A DNA stretch of 64,000 bases from Eledone cirrhosa. Its lineage: Eukaryota. The notes beneath the pieces were generated by a model. That model saw only the letters and a list, made by a program, of their open reading frames with translations. It made no database searches and was not told the DNA's origin. Each line of letters begins with the position of its first letter. Positions within the stretch are counted from its first letter, which is position 1. The stretch is from contig OZ024745.1 in assembly GCA_964016885.1 (NCBI GenBank), positions 131,068,001 to 131,132,000 on the forward strand, in the 5' to 3' direction. The translations under genes and the position numbers were made by a program. Of this stretch, positions 1-13,183 are shown in pieces.

Positions 1-97
1 GAAGAAGGAAGCATTTAGGAACATTGAAGTAAGCAAATGGAGAACCTTGAAAAAGAACAGAAAACTGTGGAAAAAAAACCACATACATAAGTCTTAC

Positions 98-426
98 CTG
101 AAATTATCTACCTGGTTAATAACAAATATCTGATGATTGACTTTCTTTAAGTTCAGGTAGCGGCCCATATGCGGTACAAAGTCCAATAATTCTTCAAACC
201 GGTTCCGGAATGGCACAATGATGGCCAGTTTATGATAAATAGTTTGCTTGGTAGAATTTGTAATGGTATTTCTGTTCTCATTTGTGGTTGAATAACACTG
301 ACAGTTGAGGCGACCATCCTGGAGAGGGCTAAGGCCTAAGTAAAAGGAGATTCCCAGTGTCACAATGATGCAGATTAAACAAAATTTCAAAATGGAATTC
401 CGTCTTAATTTTCCTACACATAACAT
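98..426 (-). CDS. B4GALT7: Beta-1,4-galactosyltransferase 7, first coding exon (gene continues beyond left edge)
   Basis: N-terminal TM segment followed by [23 protein letters not shown]...[11 protein letters not shown], matching the B4GALT7 motif [23 protein letters not shown]...NQVDHFR. Donor CAG|GTAAG at 98/97. Acceptor TTTCAG at 496 implies the exon spans 98-495 and that an upstream non-coding exon exists. Confidence 0.93.
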
Positions 427-561
427 TGGCTAAGATTGGCAAAGTTCTTTTTCCTACTCTTGCTGGGCTGGTGTACATCTACATTAAGCAGCAATCTGAA
501 ATATCATTAAAATATACATGTATAAATAAATATAAGTTAAATAAATAAATAGAAGAATATA

Positions 562-742
562 CTGTATTTCCTGGGATCAAAGACGCTACTTTTTTCCTAA
601 GATAAGTCTCAAAAATCTATTAAGTATCTTAGCGGCCGAAGGTTGCATTCTTATGTTTATTATCTTTTTTTATCAAAATTTTGGTTGTCAAAATTAGGGT
701 GTATCCTCGAGGGTGAAGCATCTTCGGCACCAGGAAATACAG
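562..742. mobile_element. Tc1/mariner (pogo/Tigger-like) MITE
   Basis: TIRs CTGTATTTCCTGG...CCAGGAAATACAG flanked by TA on both sides. Confidence 0.7.
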
Positions 743-784
743 TATATACTTTTATAGAATAATAATTCTTTCTAAATAAGGATA

Positions 785-1970
785 GGATGGAACAAGTTCA
801 GAGAGCTACTCCCACTGTTGACCACAAAAGGTTTCTCCCTACGTACAAAAGGATGACTGTGTGACGTCTGTGTGTGACGTGCAATGCTGTATGATAGTGA
901 AACATGGACTGACTACAGAGGACATGTGGTCCTACGTGGTAGTGAAACATGGACTGACTACAGAGGACATGTGGTCCTACGTGGTAGTGAAACATGGGCT
1001 GACTACAGAGGACATGTGGTGCTATGTGGTAGTGAAACATGGGCTGACTAGAGAGGACATGTGGTCCTACATGGTAGTGAAACATGGACTGACTACAGAG
1101 GACATGTGGTCCTACGTGGTAGTGAAACATGGACTGACTACAGAGGACATGTGGTCCTACGTGGTAGTGAAACATGGACTGACTACAGAGGACATGTGGT
1201 CCTACGTGGTAGTGAAACATGGGCTGACTACAGAGGACATGTGGTGCTACGTGGTAGTGAAACATGGGCTGACTACAGAGGACATGTGGTGCTACGTGGT
1301 AGTGAAACATGGGCTGACTACAGAGGACATGTGGTGCTACGTGGTAGTGAAACATGGGCTGACTACAGAGGACATGTGGTGCTACGTGGTAGTGAAACAT
1401 GGGCTGACTACAGAGGACATGTGGTGCTACGTGGTAGTGAAACATGGGCTGACTACAGAGGACATGTGGTGCTACGTGGTAGTGAAACATAGGCTGACTA
1501 CAGAGGACATGTGGTGCTACGTGGTAGTGAAACATGGGCTGACTACAGAGGACATGTGGTGCTACGTGGTAGTGAAACATGGGCTGACTACAGAGGACAT
1601 GTGATGCTACGTGGTAGTGAAACATGGGCTGACTACAGAGGACATGTGATGCTACGTGGTAGTGAAACATGGGCTGACTACAGAGGACATGTGGTGCTAC
1701 GTGGTAGTGAAACATGGGCTGACTACAGAGGACATGTGATGCTACGTGGTAGTGAAACATGGGCTGACTACAGAGGACATGTGGTGCTACGTGGTAGTGA
1801 AACATGGGCTGACTACAGAGGACATGTGGTGCTATGTGGTAGTGAAACATGGGCTGACTACAGAGGACGTGCATAGATTGGAGAGGAATGAAGCAACCAT
1901 GCTCTGTTGGATGTGCAATGTATGTGTGAGAGAGAGGCAGAGCTTGGATGAGTTGAATGAGAAGCTAGGT
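785..1970 (+). mobile_element. RTE-clade LINE fragment hosting an internal minisatellite
   Basis: Flanks translate to KFRELLPLLTTKGFSL... and RLERNEATMLCWMCNV, homologous to the RTE ORF at 18863-19855. Confidence 0.85.
885..1870 (+). repeat. 45-bp minisatellite (~22 copies) derived from RTE coding sequence
   Basis: Unit GTGGTGCTACGTGGTAGTGAAACATGGGCTGACTACAGAGGACAT, corresponding to the RTE 'MLHGSETW' region. Confidence 0.95.
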
Positions 1971-2380
1971 TTAACCCTTTAATGTTCAAACCAACCAAAA
2001 CCGCCAGAATTCTCTACCTTTTGCTGTTAAAACTGGCTGTAACTGGTCACTCCAACTGATGTTAAGGTATTGTTCTCAAAATAAATACATTCAAAATCTC
2101 ATAGATTCGATATTATGTGAGATAATTATGTGAGATAAAGCCTTTACCATGAAAATATAATAGTATATATAAAATAATTGTTTCTACTTTAGGCACAAGG
2201 CTAGCAATTACCCAGTACATTACTGGTACTTTATTTTATCGACCCCCGTAAGGATGAAAGGCAAAGTTAACCTCGGCAGGATTTGAACTCAGACTGTAAA
2301 GGGCCGTAACCATGCTAGAAAGCATAGCGTCCGACCCTCTACCGATACTGCCAGTTCACAATGTAAATGCTAAAGGGTTA
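1971..2380. mobile_element. piggyBac-like TTAA MITE with nested SINE
   Basis: TTAA|CCCTTTA...TAAAGGG|TTAA ends; SINE inserted at ~2175-2360; same family at ~12405, 42100-42314, 49240-49430, 51700-51918, 57650-57855. Confidence 0.75.
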
Positions 2381-2640
2381 AGAGGAATCTGAGATGATGT
2401 GCAGGAGAGAAGACTGCATTGGTTTGGACAATAATAAAGGTCTCTGATTGAGGCACAAGGCCAGCAATTTTAGTGGAGGGGAAAGTCGATTAAATCGATC
2501 CCAGTGTATTACTGGTACTATATTTTATCAACCCCCACAAGGATGAAAAGTAAAGCCAACCTTGGCAGGATCCGACCTCAGAACGGAAAGGGCCGTAACT
2601 CTATGCCACTAAGCATGTTGTCCGATGCTCTACCGATTAC
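2175..2640 (-). mobile_element. tRNA-derived SINE copies with Meta-like core (two here; many more across the window)
   Basis: Conserved GAGTTCAAATCCCGCCGAGGTTAACTTTGCCTTTCATCCTTACGGGGTCGATAAAATAAAGTACCAGT (B-box plus core). Further copies at ~3475, 4875-5440, 9750, 10650-10990, 11795, 21100, 26270-26600, 27615, 40320-40720, 45105, 50780, 53890-54320. Confidence 0.85.
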
Positions 2641-2849
2641 TACTAATGATAATAATAATTATAATAATCATTATTCCTTTTTGTTTGTGGAAAGAAGAAG
2701 AAGAAGAAGGCGGCGGCCAAGATAGGTATCTCTCCAGCTGACACTATATTCTGGAGAGATACAATTTACAATTATCTCCATTCCTGAGATACTGAGTTAG
2801 AAAATGACATCAATATTATGGAGTTGTAATAGAGCAGATCTTATAACAC

Positions 2850-3340
2850 GGGTGTCTGGGTATGTGTGGGTATGTGGGGGGGGGGGTATATCCGGGTATG
2901 TGTGTGTGTGTCTGGGTATGTGACTATGTATGTCTGTGTGTGTGTGTGTCTAGGCATGTGTCTATGTGTGTGTGTGTGTGTGTGTGTCTAGGCATGTGTC
3001 TATGTATGTCTGTGTGTGTGTGTGTGTGTCTGGGTATGTGTCTATGTATGTATGTATGTGTATATGTGTGTCTGGGTATGTGTGTATGTGTCTATATGTG
3101 TATGTGTATGGGTGTATCTGTGTGTGTCTGTGTGTATGTCTATGTGTGTATGTGTTCATCTGTGTGTGTGTGTGTCTGTATGTGTATGTGTGTATGTATG
3201 TGTATGTATGTGTATGTGTCTGTAATTGTGTATGTGTCTGTAAGTATATGTCTGTCTGTGTGTATGTATGTGTATGTGTCTAACTATATGTCTGTCTGTG
3301 TGTATGTATGTGTATGTAATTGTATGTCTGTGTGTGTGTG
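2850..3340. repeat. (TG)n/(TATG)n microsatellite
   Basis: Direct reading; source of the spurious C/V/Y/M ORFs. Confidence 0.95.
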
Positions 3341-3985
3341 ATTTTGCTGACTAAGGAACAAATAATGAATGTTTTACCATCAACATCAATCTAAACTATA
3401 AAGTAAGAAGTGCAGGACTGCGTACGGTTTATTTTTATCTCATTGGTAAAATAAGTTGGATTACTTTGAATAAATAATTGTTTCTACTTTAGGCACAAGG
3501 CCAGCAATGATCCAGTACATTACTGGTACTTTATTTCATCGACCCCTTAAGGATGAAAGGCAAAGTTGACCTCGACAGGATTTGAACACAGAATGGTAAG
3601 GGCCGTAACTCTATGCATCAAAGCATTACTTTGAATAAATAATGAATGAATATTACATAATTTATCTACTAAATTTCGTGGCTGTTGATTAAATATATTT
3701 TGTTTATTTAAAGATTCACTTCTTTAACATTTCTGAAATGTTAACACTTCCGGTTGGCATCACTTAAATAAACATACTAATTTTCTGTCACTAATTTTCA
3801 ACTAATGCAGTTTATATATAATATCATCTTTTTTAATGTATCATGGATTACGTTACTGATTACATAAGAGAGTGTAACGCAGTCTTCGTTCAATTTCTGT
3901 GTATATTGTCAATTACGATGTTATTTGATGTATCAGATCTACATGTATATATACCTGCGTATAATATCAATATACACACTACACA

Positions 3986-4023
3986 TGCTAGCAGAAAACC
4001 ACCCGTGGGTGGTTTTCTTCTAG
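3986..4023 (+). mobile_element. Helitron-like 3' end (hairpin + CTAG)
   Basis: AGAAAACCACCC-GT-GGGTGGTTTTCT hairpin followed by CTAG|T. Confidence 0.45.
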
Positions 4024-4349
4024 TTAATATAATATATCAACAGATCAGAATATTGCATAAAATGGAATTCAAGTAAATTTAAAAGAGGTATTCAGGACTT
4101 AGATAAGGGATCTGAGGAATGTGAAGAGAACAGGAGACAAGCGCCATTAGTGTAATAATTAGCATACTCTAATGGAGTCCAAAACTGTTTCCGTTCTAAT
4201 TCTAACAAATATCAACAAGCAACATATCTACATTTCTTGGAACTGTTAATATTCAAATAAGAGTACATTATATTTGAAATAGTAACACCTACTGGAAAGA
4301 AACAGCAATATTATACTTGATTATGATAAATATTTACTCATTTATTTAG

Positions 4350-4780
4350 TCATGTAGGTGTTACATTAAAAAGCACCCAGCCCACACTATAAAATGGTTG
4401 TGTAGGAGTCACGGCAAAAAGCACTCAGCCCACACTGTAAAGTGGTGGTGTAGGTGTCACAACAAAAAGCACCCAGCCCACACTGTAAAGTGGTCATGTA
4501 GGTCTCACGACAAAAAGCTCCCAGCCCACACTGTAAAGTAATGGTGTAGGTGTCACAACAAAAAGCACCCAGTCCACACTATAAAGTGGTCATGTAGGTG
4601 TCACAACAAAAAACACCCAGCCCACACTGTAAAGTGGTGGTGTAGGTGTCACAACAAAAAGCACCCAGTCCACACTGTAAAGTGGTCATGTAGGTGTGTT
4701 ACAACCCAACTTGCCTCAAATGGGATTACCTGTCTAACCCATGCTAGCATGGAAAGTGGACATTAAACGAAAAAATGATT
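4350..4780 (+). repeat. ~46-bp tandem repeat expanded from the RTE 3' UTR, followed by an RTE tail
   Basis: Unit AAAAGCACCCAGCCCACACTGTAAAGTGGTGGTGTAGGTGTCACAAC; the same motif occurs in the RTE 3' UTR at 17858-17900. Confidence 0.85.
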
Positions 4781-6122
4781 GACAATGTCCATCATTTTAC
4801 GTCCGCTTTTCTCTGCTTGCAAGGATAAATATTGCAGATTGTGTAGATAAATATTAACAAATAATAATAATAATAACTGTTTCTACTTTTGACACAAGGC
4901 CAGCAATTACCCAGTACATTACTGGTACTTTATTTTATCGACCATGTAAGGATGAAAGGCAGAGTAACCTTACGGAGTCGATAAAATAACAATAATAATA
5001 ATAATTGTTTCTGGTTTAGACACAAGGCCAACAATTTTCCAGGGGAATGGAAAGTCAATTAAATTGACCCCAGTACGTCACTGGTACTTTATTTATCGAC
5101 CTCATATGGATGAAAGGCAAAGCTAACTTCGGCGGGATTTGAACTCAGAATGTAAAGGGCAATAACACTATGCCATGAAGAAGAGTGTCCAATACTGCCA
5201 ATCCATTGCCCTCAATACTATTAGCAATAATAACGGTTTCTGATTTAGGCACAAGGCCAACAATTTTGGGGGAAGAGATGTCAATTAAATCGATCCCAGC
5301 ACATTACTGGTACTTTATTTTATCAACCCCCGTAAGGATAAAAGGCAAAGCTAACCTCAGAGGGATTTGAACTGAGAACGTAAAGGGACGTAACTCTATG
5401 CCGTAAAGCATGGTGTCTGATGCTCTACCGATACTGCCAATGATGATGACGTCGACACTAACAACGCTGATAGTGGAAATGATTATGATAATAGTTGCAA
5501 AGAAAAAAGCTAGCAGCCTATTTCATGTCTCAGGAAAGTTATAATTAATTGCCAGTGAGTGGCTGGGTATGTGGGTAGAGTCTGACAGTGGAAAAGAGAA
5601 ACCATTGAAGCCTTTTACACCCAACATCCTTAACAAGAAAACTTCTAGAGAAGTCCCACATTGCCACACATCATAAACAAACACCTTATTTACTATTTAA
5701 CATGTGTCAAACACTTTACAAGTGTAGGTCTTCAAGTAAGGTCCCACTCAGTCACTTTCAAGCCAATACCATAAAGAACCATTGCAGTTTCTTACACCAG
5801 ATGTGTACAAAGTATTTATATAAACACATCTTTATACACAAATTCACATCTTGCAATGTAAACCATATGTTTGTTTTAAGTCACAAATATTATGACTCAA
5901 TTACATCATAATCATCATCATCATCGTTTAACATCCATTTTCCATGTCTTACTCATACAGAACTGTTTCTGTCTAGGTTTCTATGGCTAGATGCCCTTCC
6001 TAACGCCAACCACATTTACAGTGGGTGCTGGGTGCTTTTTGTCCTGACTCCTACACCACAAGATGCAAAAACAAATGACCAAACGATAGTGGTGGCAATT
6101 GTAGGAGCATTGATAGATGTAG

Positions 6123-6856
6123 AGATGGTAGTGGTGGTGATGGTGGTGGTGGTGGTGGTGATGGTGGTGGTGATGGTAGTGGTGATGATGATGATGGTAA
6201 TGGTATAGTAGTCAGGACGACAGTGATGATGGTAATAGCAACATTTGTTATATTGGTGGTGGTAGTTGTTGCTATAGTGATGTTGACTAATGGTTGTGGT
6301 GGTGGTGGTAACGGCAGTAGTCATAGTAATGATAGTGATGATGATGATAATGGCGGGGAGGGGGGAGAGAATGAGGATGACAAAAGTGTCAATGGTGATG
6401 ATGATGGTAATGATGGTGATGATGGTGATGATGATGGTAATGATGGTGATGATGGTGATGATGATGATGCTGCATGAGGAAGAGGTGTTGATGGTGATGA
6501 CAGCAATGAAAACACCAAAAGTGATAGTAGTAGTGATGATGGCAATGATGATGGTGATGATAATGATGGTAATGATGATGGTGGTGGTGATGATGGTGGT
6601 GGTGGTGATGGTGATGGTGGTGATGGTAGTGATGATGATGATGGTGGTGATGGTGATGGTGGTAATGATGGTGATGATGATGGTGATGGTGATGGTGATG
6701 ATGGTGGTGGTGATGGTGATGATGGTGGTGGTGATGTTGGTAATGATGATGGTGATGATAATGGTAATGGTTATGATGGTGGTGGTGATGGCGGTGATGA
6801 TGACAATGATAATAATGATGATGATAATGATGATGGAGGTAATGATGATGATGATA
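6123..6856 (+). repeat. (GAT/GGT)n trinucleotide microsatellite
   Basis: Direct reading. Confidence 0.95.
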
Positions 6857-7040
6857 TAACAAAAGGTTATGTCAAGCCCCACACTCCCAGCCTCTGTAGT
6901 CACTGGTTTCCTATTTCCTGCCCCATTAGAAACAATTTATTCAACATTTCACTTGTTTCCTTCTCTCTTTTCTCGACTTTAAAACATTTACATTTCAAAA
7001 ACAAACAAAGACATAAAATCTGTTAGGTCTAAGTTCAATA

Positions 7041-7812
7041 CATCACCACCACCACCACCACCACCATCACCACCACCATCATCACCACCACCACCACCAT
7101 CATCACCACCATCACCACCATCACCATCATCACCACCACCACTATCACCACTGCCATCATCACCACCACCACCATCGTCACCACCATCATCACCACCACC
7201 ACCACCATCGTCACCACCACCACTATCACCACCGCCACCACCACCAACACCACCACTGTCACCACCACCGCCATCATCATCATCACTATAATCACCACCA
7301 CCACCACCGTCCCCACCACCACCAACACCACCGTCCCCACCATCACCGTCACCACCACCAACACCATCACCACCATCGCCATCATCACCATCACCACCAC
7401 CACTATCACCACCACCACCACCACCGTCCCCACCACCACCAACACCATCGTCCCCACCATCACCGTCACCACCACCACCATCGCCATCATCACCATCACC
7501 ACCACCACTATCATCACCACTATCGCCATCACCACCACCACTATCATCACCACTATCGCCATCACCACCACCACCACAATCACCACCGCCACCGCCATCA
7601 CCACAATCACCACCACAATCACCACCACCATCACCACCATCACCACCACCACAATCACCACCACCATCACCACCACAATCACCACCACAATCACCACCAC
7701 CACCACCACCACCTCCATCACCACCATCACCACCACAATCACCACCACCACCACCACCACCACCACCATCACCACCACCATCACCACCATCACCACCACC
7801 ACCATTATCATT
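7041..7812 (+). repeat. (CAC/CAT)n trinucleotide microsatellite
   Basis: Direct reading; complementary to the 6123-6856 tract. Confidence 0.95.
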
Positions 7813-7897
7813 ATATAATTCCTTCAGTCTAAATTAGCCGATCAGCTCAGTAAAACGTAACAGTGGACCAAGACAGATACAATAGATAGAGCCCTGC

Positions 7898-8295
7898 TAC
7901 TCTCAGGTCCCAAATAATAGGGGGAGGATAAGGGAGTGGTGGGGGTGGAACAAATGGGGGAATAAGGGAGAACAAGCGGGGAGGGGGGGAGTCGGTAATC
8001 TTTCTAGGTTGTCTCTGTTGACTTTAGTCATTTAGTTTACATACTGAGACCCCAACCCCTCCTATTTATTTTATAACCCATGGCATTTCTAATAATGTTA
8101 TATTTTTGTCAAGTATAATGGGTTTTTTTAATGTCTGAAAAAAATTAATTATTGCAGGAATACTAACACTGAAAATAAAACTTTGCCAGAGGTAGATGAG
8201 CAAAGTTTAATAAGCGAGGGTTTGGAATAAGAGCGGGAAGTTGAAAAAAATCTGAAATAATATGCGGGGGAGGAGGATTGTTCAAGACCCATTGA
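7898..8295. mobile_element. MITE family with TACTCTCGGGTCCCAAATAAT TIR
   Basis: Shared body (GTTTACATATTGAGAC...TTTGTCATGTATAATG...CAGGAATGCTAACACTTAAAATAAAA); other copies at 22844-23169, 27938-28105 plus 38701-38861, 40787-41200, ~62940-63270. Confidence 0.75.
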
Positions 8296-8464
8296 TATAT
8301 ATATATATCATCATCATCAACCTGACCGTTTTACGTCCATTTTTCCACGCTAGCATGGTTTAGTAGAGTCATCCTGTTTCTATCTTCCCACTTTTAAGAC
8401 TCAGTTTTATATATATAGATATATAGATTGACCAACAGTTAAAAATATAAATATAAATATAATT

Positions 8465-8510
8465 TATCAAAGTTCTTTCATCACACATTTCTGTGACATC
8501 TTCAGTGATA
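8465..8510 (-). ncRNA. Minimal type-I hammerhead ribozyme (Penelope-like)
   Basis: Minus strand reads UAUCA CUGAAGA U GUCACA-loop-UGUGAU GAAA GAAC UU UGAUA: intact core, 5-bp stem I, stem II, minimal stem III; same family as 56668-56708. Confidence 0.75.
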
Positions 8511-10029
8511 TTTTTAAAAGTACATACAAAACATGTAGGGTTTCCTCCAACACATGGGTGAGAGTCTACTGCTTATGTGAGGTTGGTGTACTTCAAATTT
8601 CTGCCCACCTATCATTGATAGCATTGCAAAAAAGTGCACCCAAAGGCACCCATAAACATTTTTAGTTTGAGTGTAGTGTTATCAACTACTGAATTTATGA
8701 AGGAAGAATGGCCAAGTTCACATCAACAGAATTTGAACTCAAAACAAAGAGGTATGCAACTAAATACTGCAATGTTCTTTTTGTTTTTTCCAATGCTCTC
8801 CAGATTTTTTTCCTTCACTACTCTGTATAATGATTCCTAACACCACCCAAAACACAGAAAGTAAATTGCCAAATGTTTTCATTTTACTATTAAATTTCAC
8901 CCATACAATTCTATAACACCTTGACATACATTATTTAAACATATCCGGTCATTCATTATAAAAGTACTAAAGATATTCACTACTTCAATAGAAACTGAAA
9001 AACGTAGCAGTGATAACATATCCTTTATCAAATTACATTTTCAACATTTTCCCATTAAACCTTTAGTTAACAACTGGGTCAAAAGTAGCTCTTGTTCTAT
9101 GAAATAAAACCACCTGTTTTAAAGGTTTCCAATTTAAATTAAAAATCTTCCAACATATTTTTATATAAGAGCCTTACGTTAAGTTTATTTTAGTAATGAA
9201 ATAATTAATAATTTTAGTAAATTCTTGAAATTCTTCAATAATTAATTAAAATAGAGTGTATTTCATTAGAAATGTGGTAATGAAAGGGTTAAACATTTAG
9301 TTACCACCCCGGCCAAAACAAGATCTGCTTCTATGAAATAAAACCACACATTTTAAAGAAATGCAGTTATGAAGGGGTTCATACATGACGATGATGATGG
9401 TTATCAAAAGTGATCAACATTTTTTATTTTTTCCAGTAATCTAAATGTTATTGCATGATTTCACTGAACAACCAAGTACTATAATATGTATCATCAAGTT
9501 TTGTGTATCAACTTTATTGCAAGTATTCTACATAACATGTACAAGGTGACGAATTAACCTACAAAGTACCAATAAATGTACTCGCAACTCCTGGTGATGG
9601 GGGCATGGTAATGACATGTAGCATTTCTTGAACATTTTATTTTAAACCTGGCTAATCCCATCTCCTCTCAAGGTCTGAATACAGCAGATTGCTTCCAAAT
9701 AAAGAGAGAGAGTGATAATGATGAAGTCAAAAAAAAGATATAGAGAAAGAATCTACCCAGTACTTGGCTGGTACTTTTTTTATTGACCTTGAAAGAATGA
9801 AAAGCAAAGTTGACCTCGGCGAGATTTGAACTCAATGTGTAGAGAGCCAGAACAAATACGACAAAGTATTCTATCAGACATTCTAATGATTCTGCCAATT
9901 TACAGTCTAGCCTACATAGTAGTATTAGATTAAATATCTTACATGTTTAATATTGTCCCACTATATTCTGAAGAGGCGGCGGGTGTAGTTTAATTGATTA
10001 TTCAACCCCCACATCCTCTCCTGTACAAA

Positions 10030-10360
10030 ACCCCCTTCGGTCACTAATAACCATGGGATTTGCACCTAGAAAGTTTCCCTCTGAGGCACAAGTTCAGGCA
10101 AGGTTGTTTGTGGAAGACCAACATTCGCCCATGCATACCAATCTCCCTTCTCCACTGATGATGACCAAGGGAAAGGCAATGGTCGATACAGTTTGGCACC
10201 AGTGACGTTGCAACTCATTTCTACAGCTGAGTAAACTGGAGCAATGTGAAATAAAGTGTCTTGCTCAAGGAAACAACACATCACCCGGTCCGAGAATCAA
10301 ACTCACAACCTTCCAATTGCAAGCCCAATGCTCTAACCACTAAGCCATACACTCTCACAT
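10030..10360 (-). mobile_element. tRNA-derived SINE (CORE-like head)
   Basis: Minus strand has tRNA-like head GGCTTAGTGGTTAGAGCATTGGGC...GAGTTTGATTCTCGG followed by TTGAGCAAGACACTTTATTTCACATTGCTCCAGT; related heads at 18335-18475 and 49920-50050. Confidence 0.75.
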
Positions 10361-12074
10361 CCTACTAACCTCTGAATAGCATAAATCTAATTGTTTAACT
10401 ATATTACAAAATTTAGTCTTGTCCATAATCATAAGAAATTATTGAATTAGTAGAATTGTTAGAGTATCCAATACCTTGTGGTGTTTATTCTAGCACTGTA
10501 TGTTCTGAATTCAAATCCTGCCAAGGTCCACTTTGTATTTCCTTGAGAAAATACAGTACCAACTAACCTACTTCTGCCCACCCCACCAAAAAGAATATTT
10601 CTGGCTTTATGCCTAAAGTAGAAACAATTATTATCATTATTATTATTAGGGCGGTGGTTTGGCAGTATCAGTAAAGTGTCAGACACCATGCATTGCAGCA
10701 TAGAGTTATGGCCCTTTATGTTCTGAGTTCAAATCCCGCCGAGGTTGACTTTCTCTTTCATCCTTACGGGGTCTATAAAATAAAGTACCAGTAATGCACC
10801 GGGGTCGATTTATTCGACTTTTCCTTCCCCTTAAAAAAAAATTGCTGGCCTTGTGCCTAAAGTAGAAACAATTATTACATGGGGGGGGGGGGGTCGATAA
10901 AATTAAATACTAGTAACGTACTGGGGTTGATATAATCAACTTCCCCTCCCACAAAAATTGTTGGCCTTGTGCCTAAATCAGAAACAATAATTATGTGCCT
11001 GTTGAACTATCTAGCACAAGGTGTACTGTAGTAGGCTGAAAGATTGAGGTCGACTATTGTTTTGTCCAACCAACAAAGCCATAATTCTCTCGTTTCTAAT
11101 ATTGCTTAAAGTGGGAAGTGAAAATGAAGAAAACTGTACTGACCTTCAGTAAAGGTTTTGTTTCTAGTTGGAAGTTGGCAATAGCATTTAACTTTGTTAT
11201 TTAGGGCAACAGGAATTTTGTGAAGTGCCCAGATTTTTTTTTTTTTTGTCTGTCTATCTCCCTTTTTAAGGATAGTATTACATATTTTTATATATCATTC
11301 TTTTGCTGGTTTCTGTCATTAGATTGTAGCCATGCTAAAATTGCCTTAAAATTACCTCAACCTATGGAATAACTTTGGGTATATTTTATATACTTTATAG
11401 GGTACACTACTTAATCCTTGGGCAAGTTACTGAGTCATCCTTCTGTAGAATACCTTAGACTTCTCTTCATCTTGGTTCCCTGGTGACTAGCTTTTCTTCA
11501 GGAAGTTTCAATTCTGCTAAGCATCAGGCATGTACTTAAAGTCAGTCCCCTAAGAATATCACTATGGCTCTCTTTGAGAAACTCTTCTACAACTTCCTGA
11601 TCACTTATCCAGATCTTGCTTCACTCAACAGATTTTTGGTGAACCTGTACAAGTTTTTATTTTATTTTTATGAACATCATTCTTCATCTTCAGTTTCCAA
11701 AAACTTTTAACCCTTCGATGCCTTCACAGTTGCCCTAAAAATACTCTGGTCAGCCATTTTATGTCATTGTTACGGTCACAAACAATGTCAATCAAATAAT
11801 TGTTTCTACTTTTGGCACAAGGCAAGCAATTACTCCAGTACATTACTGGTACTTTATTTTATCGACACCGTAAGGATGAAAGGCAAATTTAACCTCGGCG
11901 GGATTTGAACTCAGAATGGCAAGGGCTGTAACTCTATGCGTCAAAGCATGGTATCCGACCCTCTACCAATACTGCCAATCCACCACCCCTTTGCCAATCC
12001 ACCAATGGTAAGTTATATTCAGATTTGAAGCCTGCAACGCAAGCTCCACATTTTGGTGATGGATACAAACACAT

Positions 12075-12345
12075 ACACAATGTACCAGAGACTCCTGTAA
12101 TGATAGTTAAGGGTACAAATACATACAGTGTGTGTACTACAGACTCCTGTAATGATGAAGGGTACATATACACAGTGTACCAAAGACTCCTGTAATGATA
12201 GTTAAGGGTACAAATACATACAGTGTGTGTACTACAGACTCCTGTAATGATGAAGGGTACATATACACAATGTACCAGAGACTCCTGTAATGATAGTTAA
12301 GGGTACAAATACATACAGTGTGTGTACTACAAATGATGAAAGGCA
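12075..12345 (+). repeat. Dimeric tandem repeat (alternating 52/43-bp monomers, 95-bp higher-order unit)
   Basis: ACTCCTGTAATGAT recurs at ~12091, 12143, 12186, 12237, 12281. Confidence 0.8.
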
Positions 12346-12549
12346 CATCAGCTCCAGTGATGCAAATATTGAAAAGCCTATCTGTATATTAGGGTATTTC
12401 CCCTTAACTCTTTAGCATTTAAACTGGCCATATCCGGCCAGAATTCTCTCACCTCTTTCTGTTAAAACCAGCTATAACTAGCCACTCATATTGACTTAAG
12501 GTATTGTTCTGAAAATAAATAATATCAAAATCTCATAGATCCAATATCA

Positions 12550-12925
12550 TGTGAGATATTATGTGAGGTAAAGCCTTTACTGGGAAAATACAATAGTATA
12601 TAGAGAGTAATGTAAATGTTATGTGAGATATTATGTGAGGTAAAGCCTTTACTGTGAAAATACAATAGTATATATAGAGTAATGTAAATGTTATGTGAGA
12701 TATTATGTGAGGTAAAGCCTTTACTGTGAAAATACAATAGTATATATAGAGTAATGTAAATGTTATGTGAGATATTATGTGAGGTAAAGTCTTTACTGTG
12801 AAAATACAATAGTATATATAGAGTAATGTAAATGTTATGTGAAATATGTGGTAAAGCCTTTACTGTGACAATACAATAGTATATATAGAGTAATGTAAAT
12901 GTTATGTGAGATATTATGTGTGAGG
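12550..12925 (+). repeat. 72-bp tandem repeat (~5 copies) amplified from the subterminal part of a piggyBac-like MITE
   Basis: Unit TGTGAGATATTATGTGAGGTAAAGCCTTTACTGTGAAAATACAATAGTATATATAGAGTAATGTAAATGTTA; continuous with the MITE body starting ~12405. Confidence 0.85.
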
Positions 12926-13130
12926 TGTGTGTGGTGCAGTGTGGTGTGTGTGTCAGTGCTTCTGTTCAATGTATATGTGATTTACTTCCCAGAACCTCCC
13001 TCCTTATATTTTATTATATACACCACAGAAATATCCTGTATAAGAATTGTATATATTACTGTATTTCCTGTTTCACTATACATGAGCTCAACGAAGAATG
13101 GGATCGACTGACCTTTAACACATACCAGTA

Positions 13131-13183
<53 letters not shown>

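Noticed and set aside
798-1876. 358-aa and other repetitive ORFs; CRISPR-like regular spacing
   Set aside because: Pure 45-bp tandem repeat without unique spacers, derived from a LINE; eukaryotic context with no cas genes
6016-7811. Poly-His, poly-Thr/Ile and poly-Val/Met ORFs
   Set aside because: Translations of trinucleotide microsatellites; no splice or homology support
11400-11790. Possible degenerate LINE or exon on the minus strand
   Set aside because: Multiple stops, no recognisable motif, no consistent splice sites
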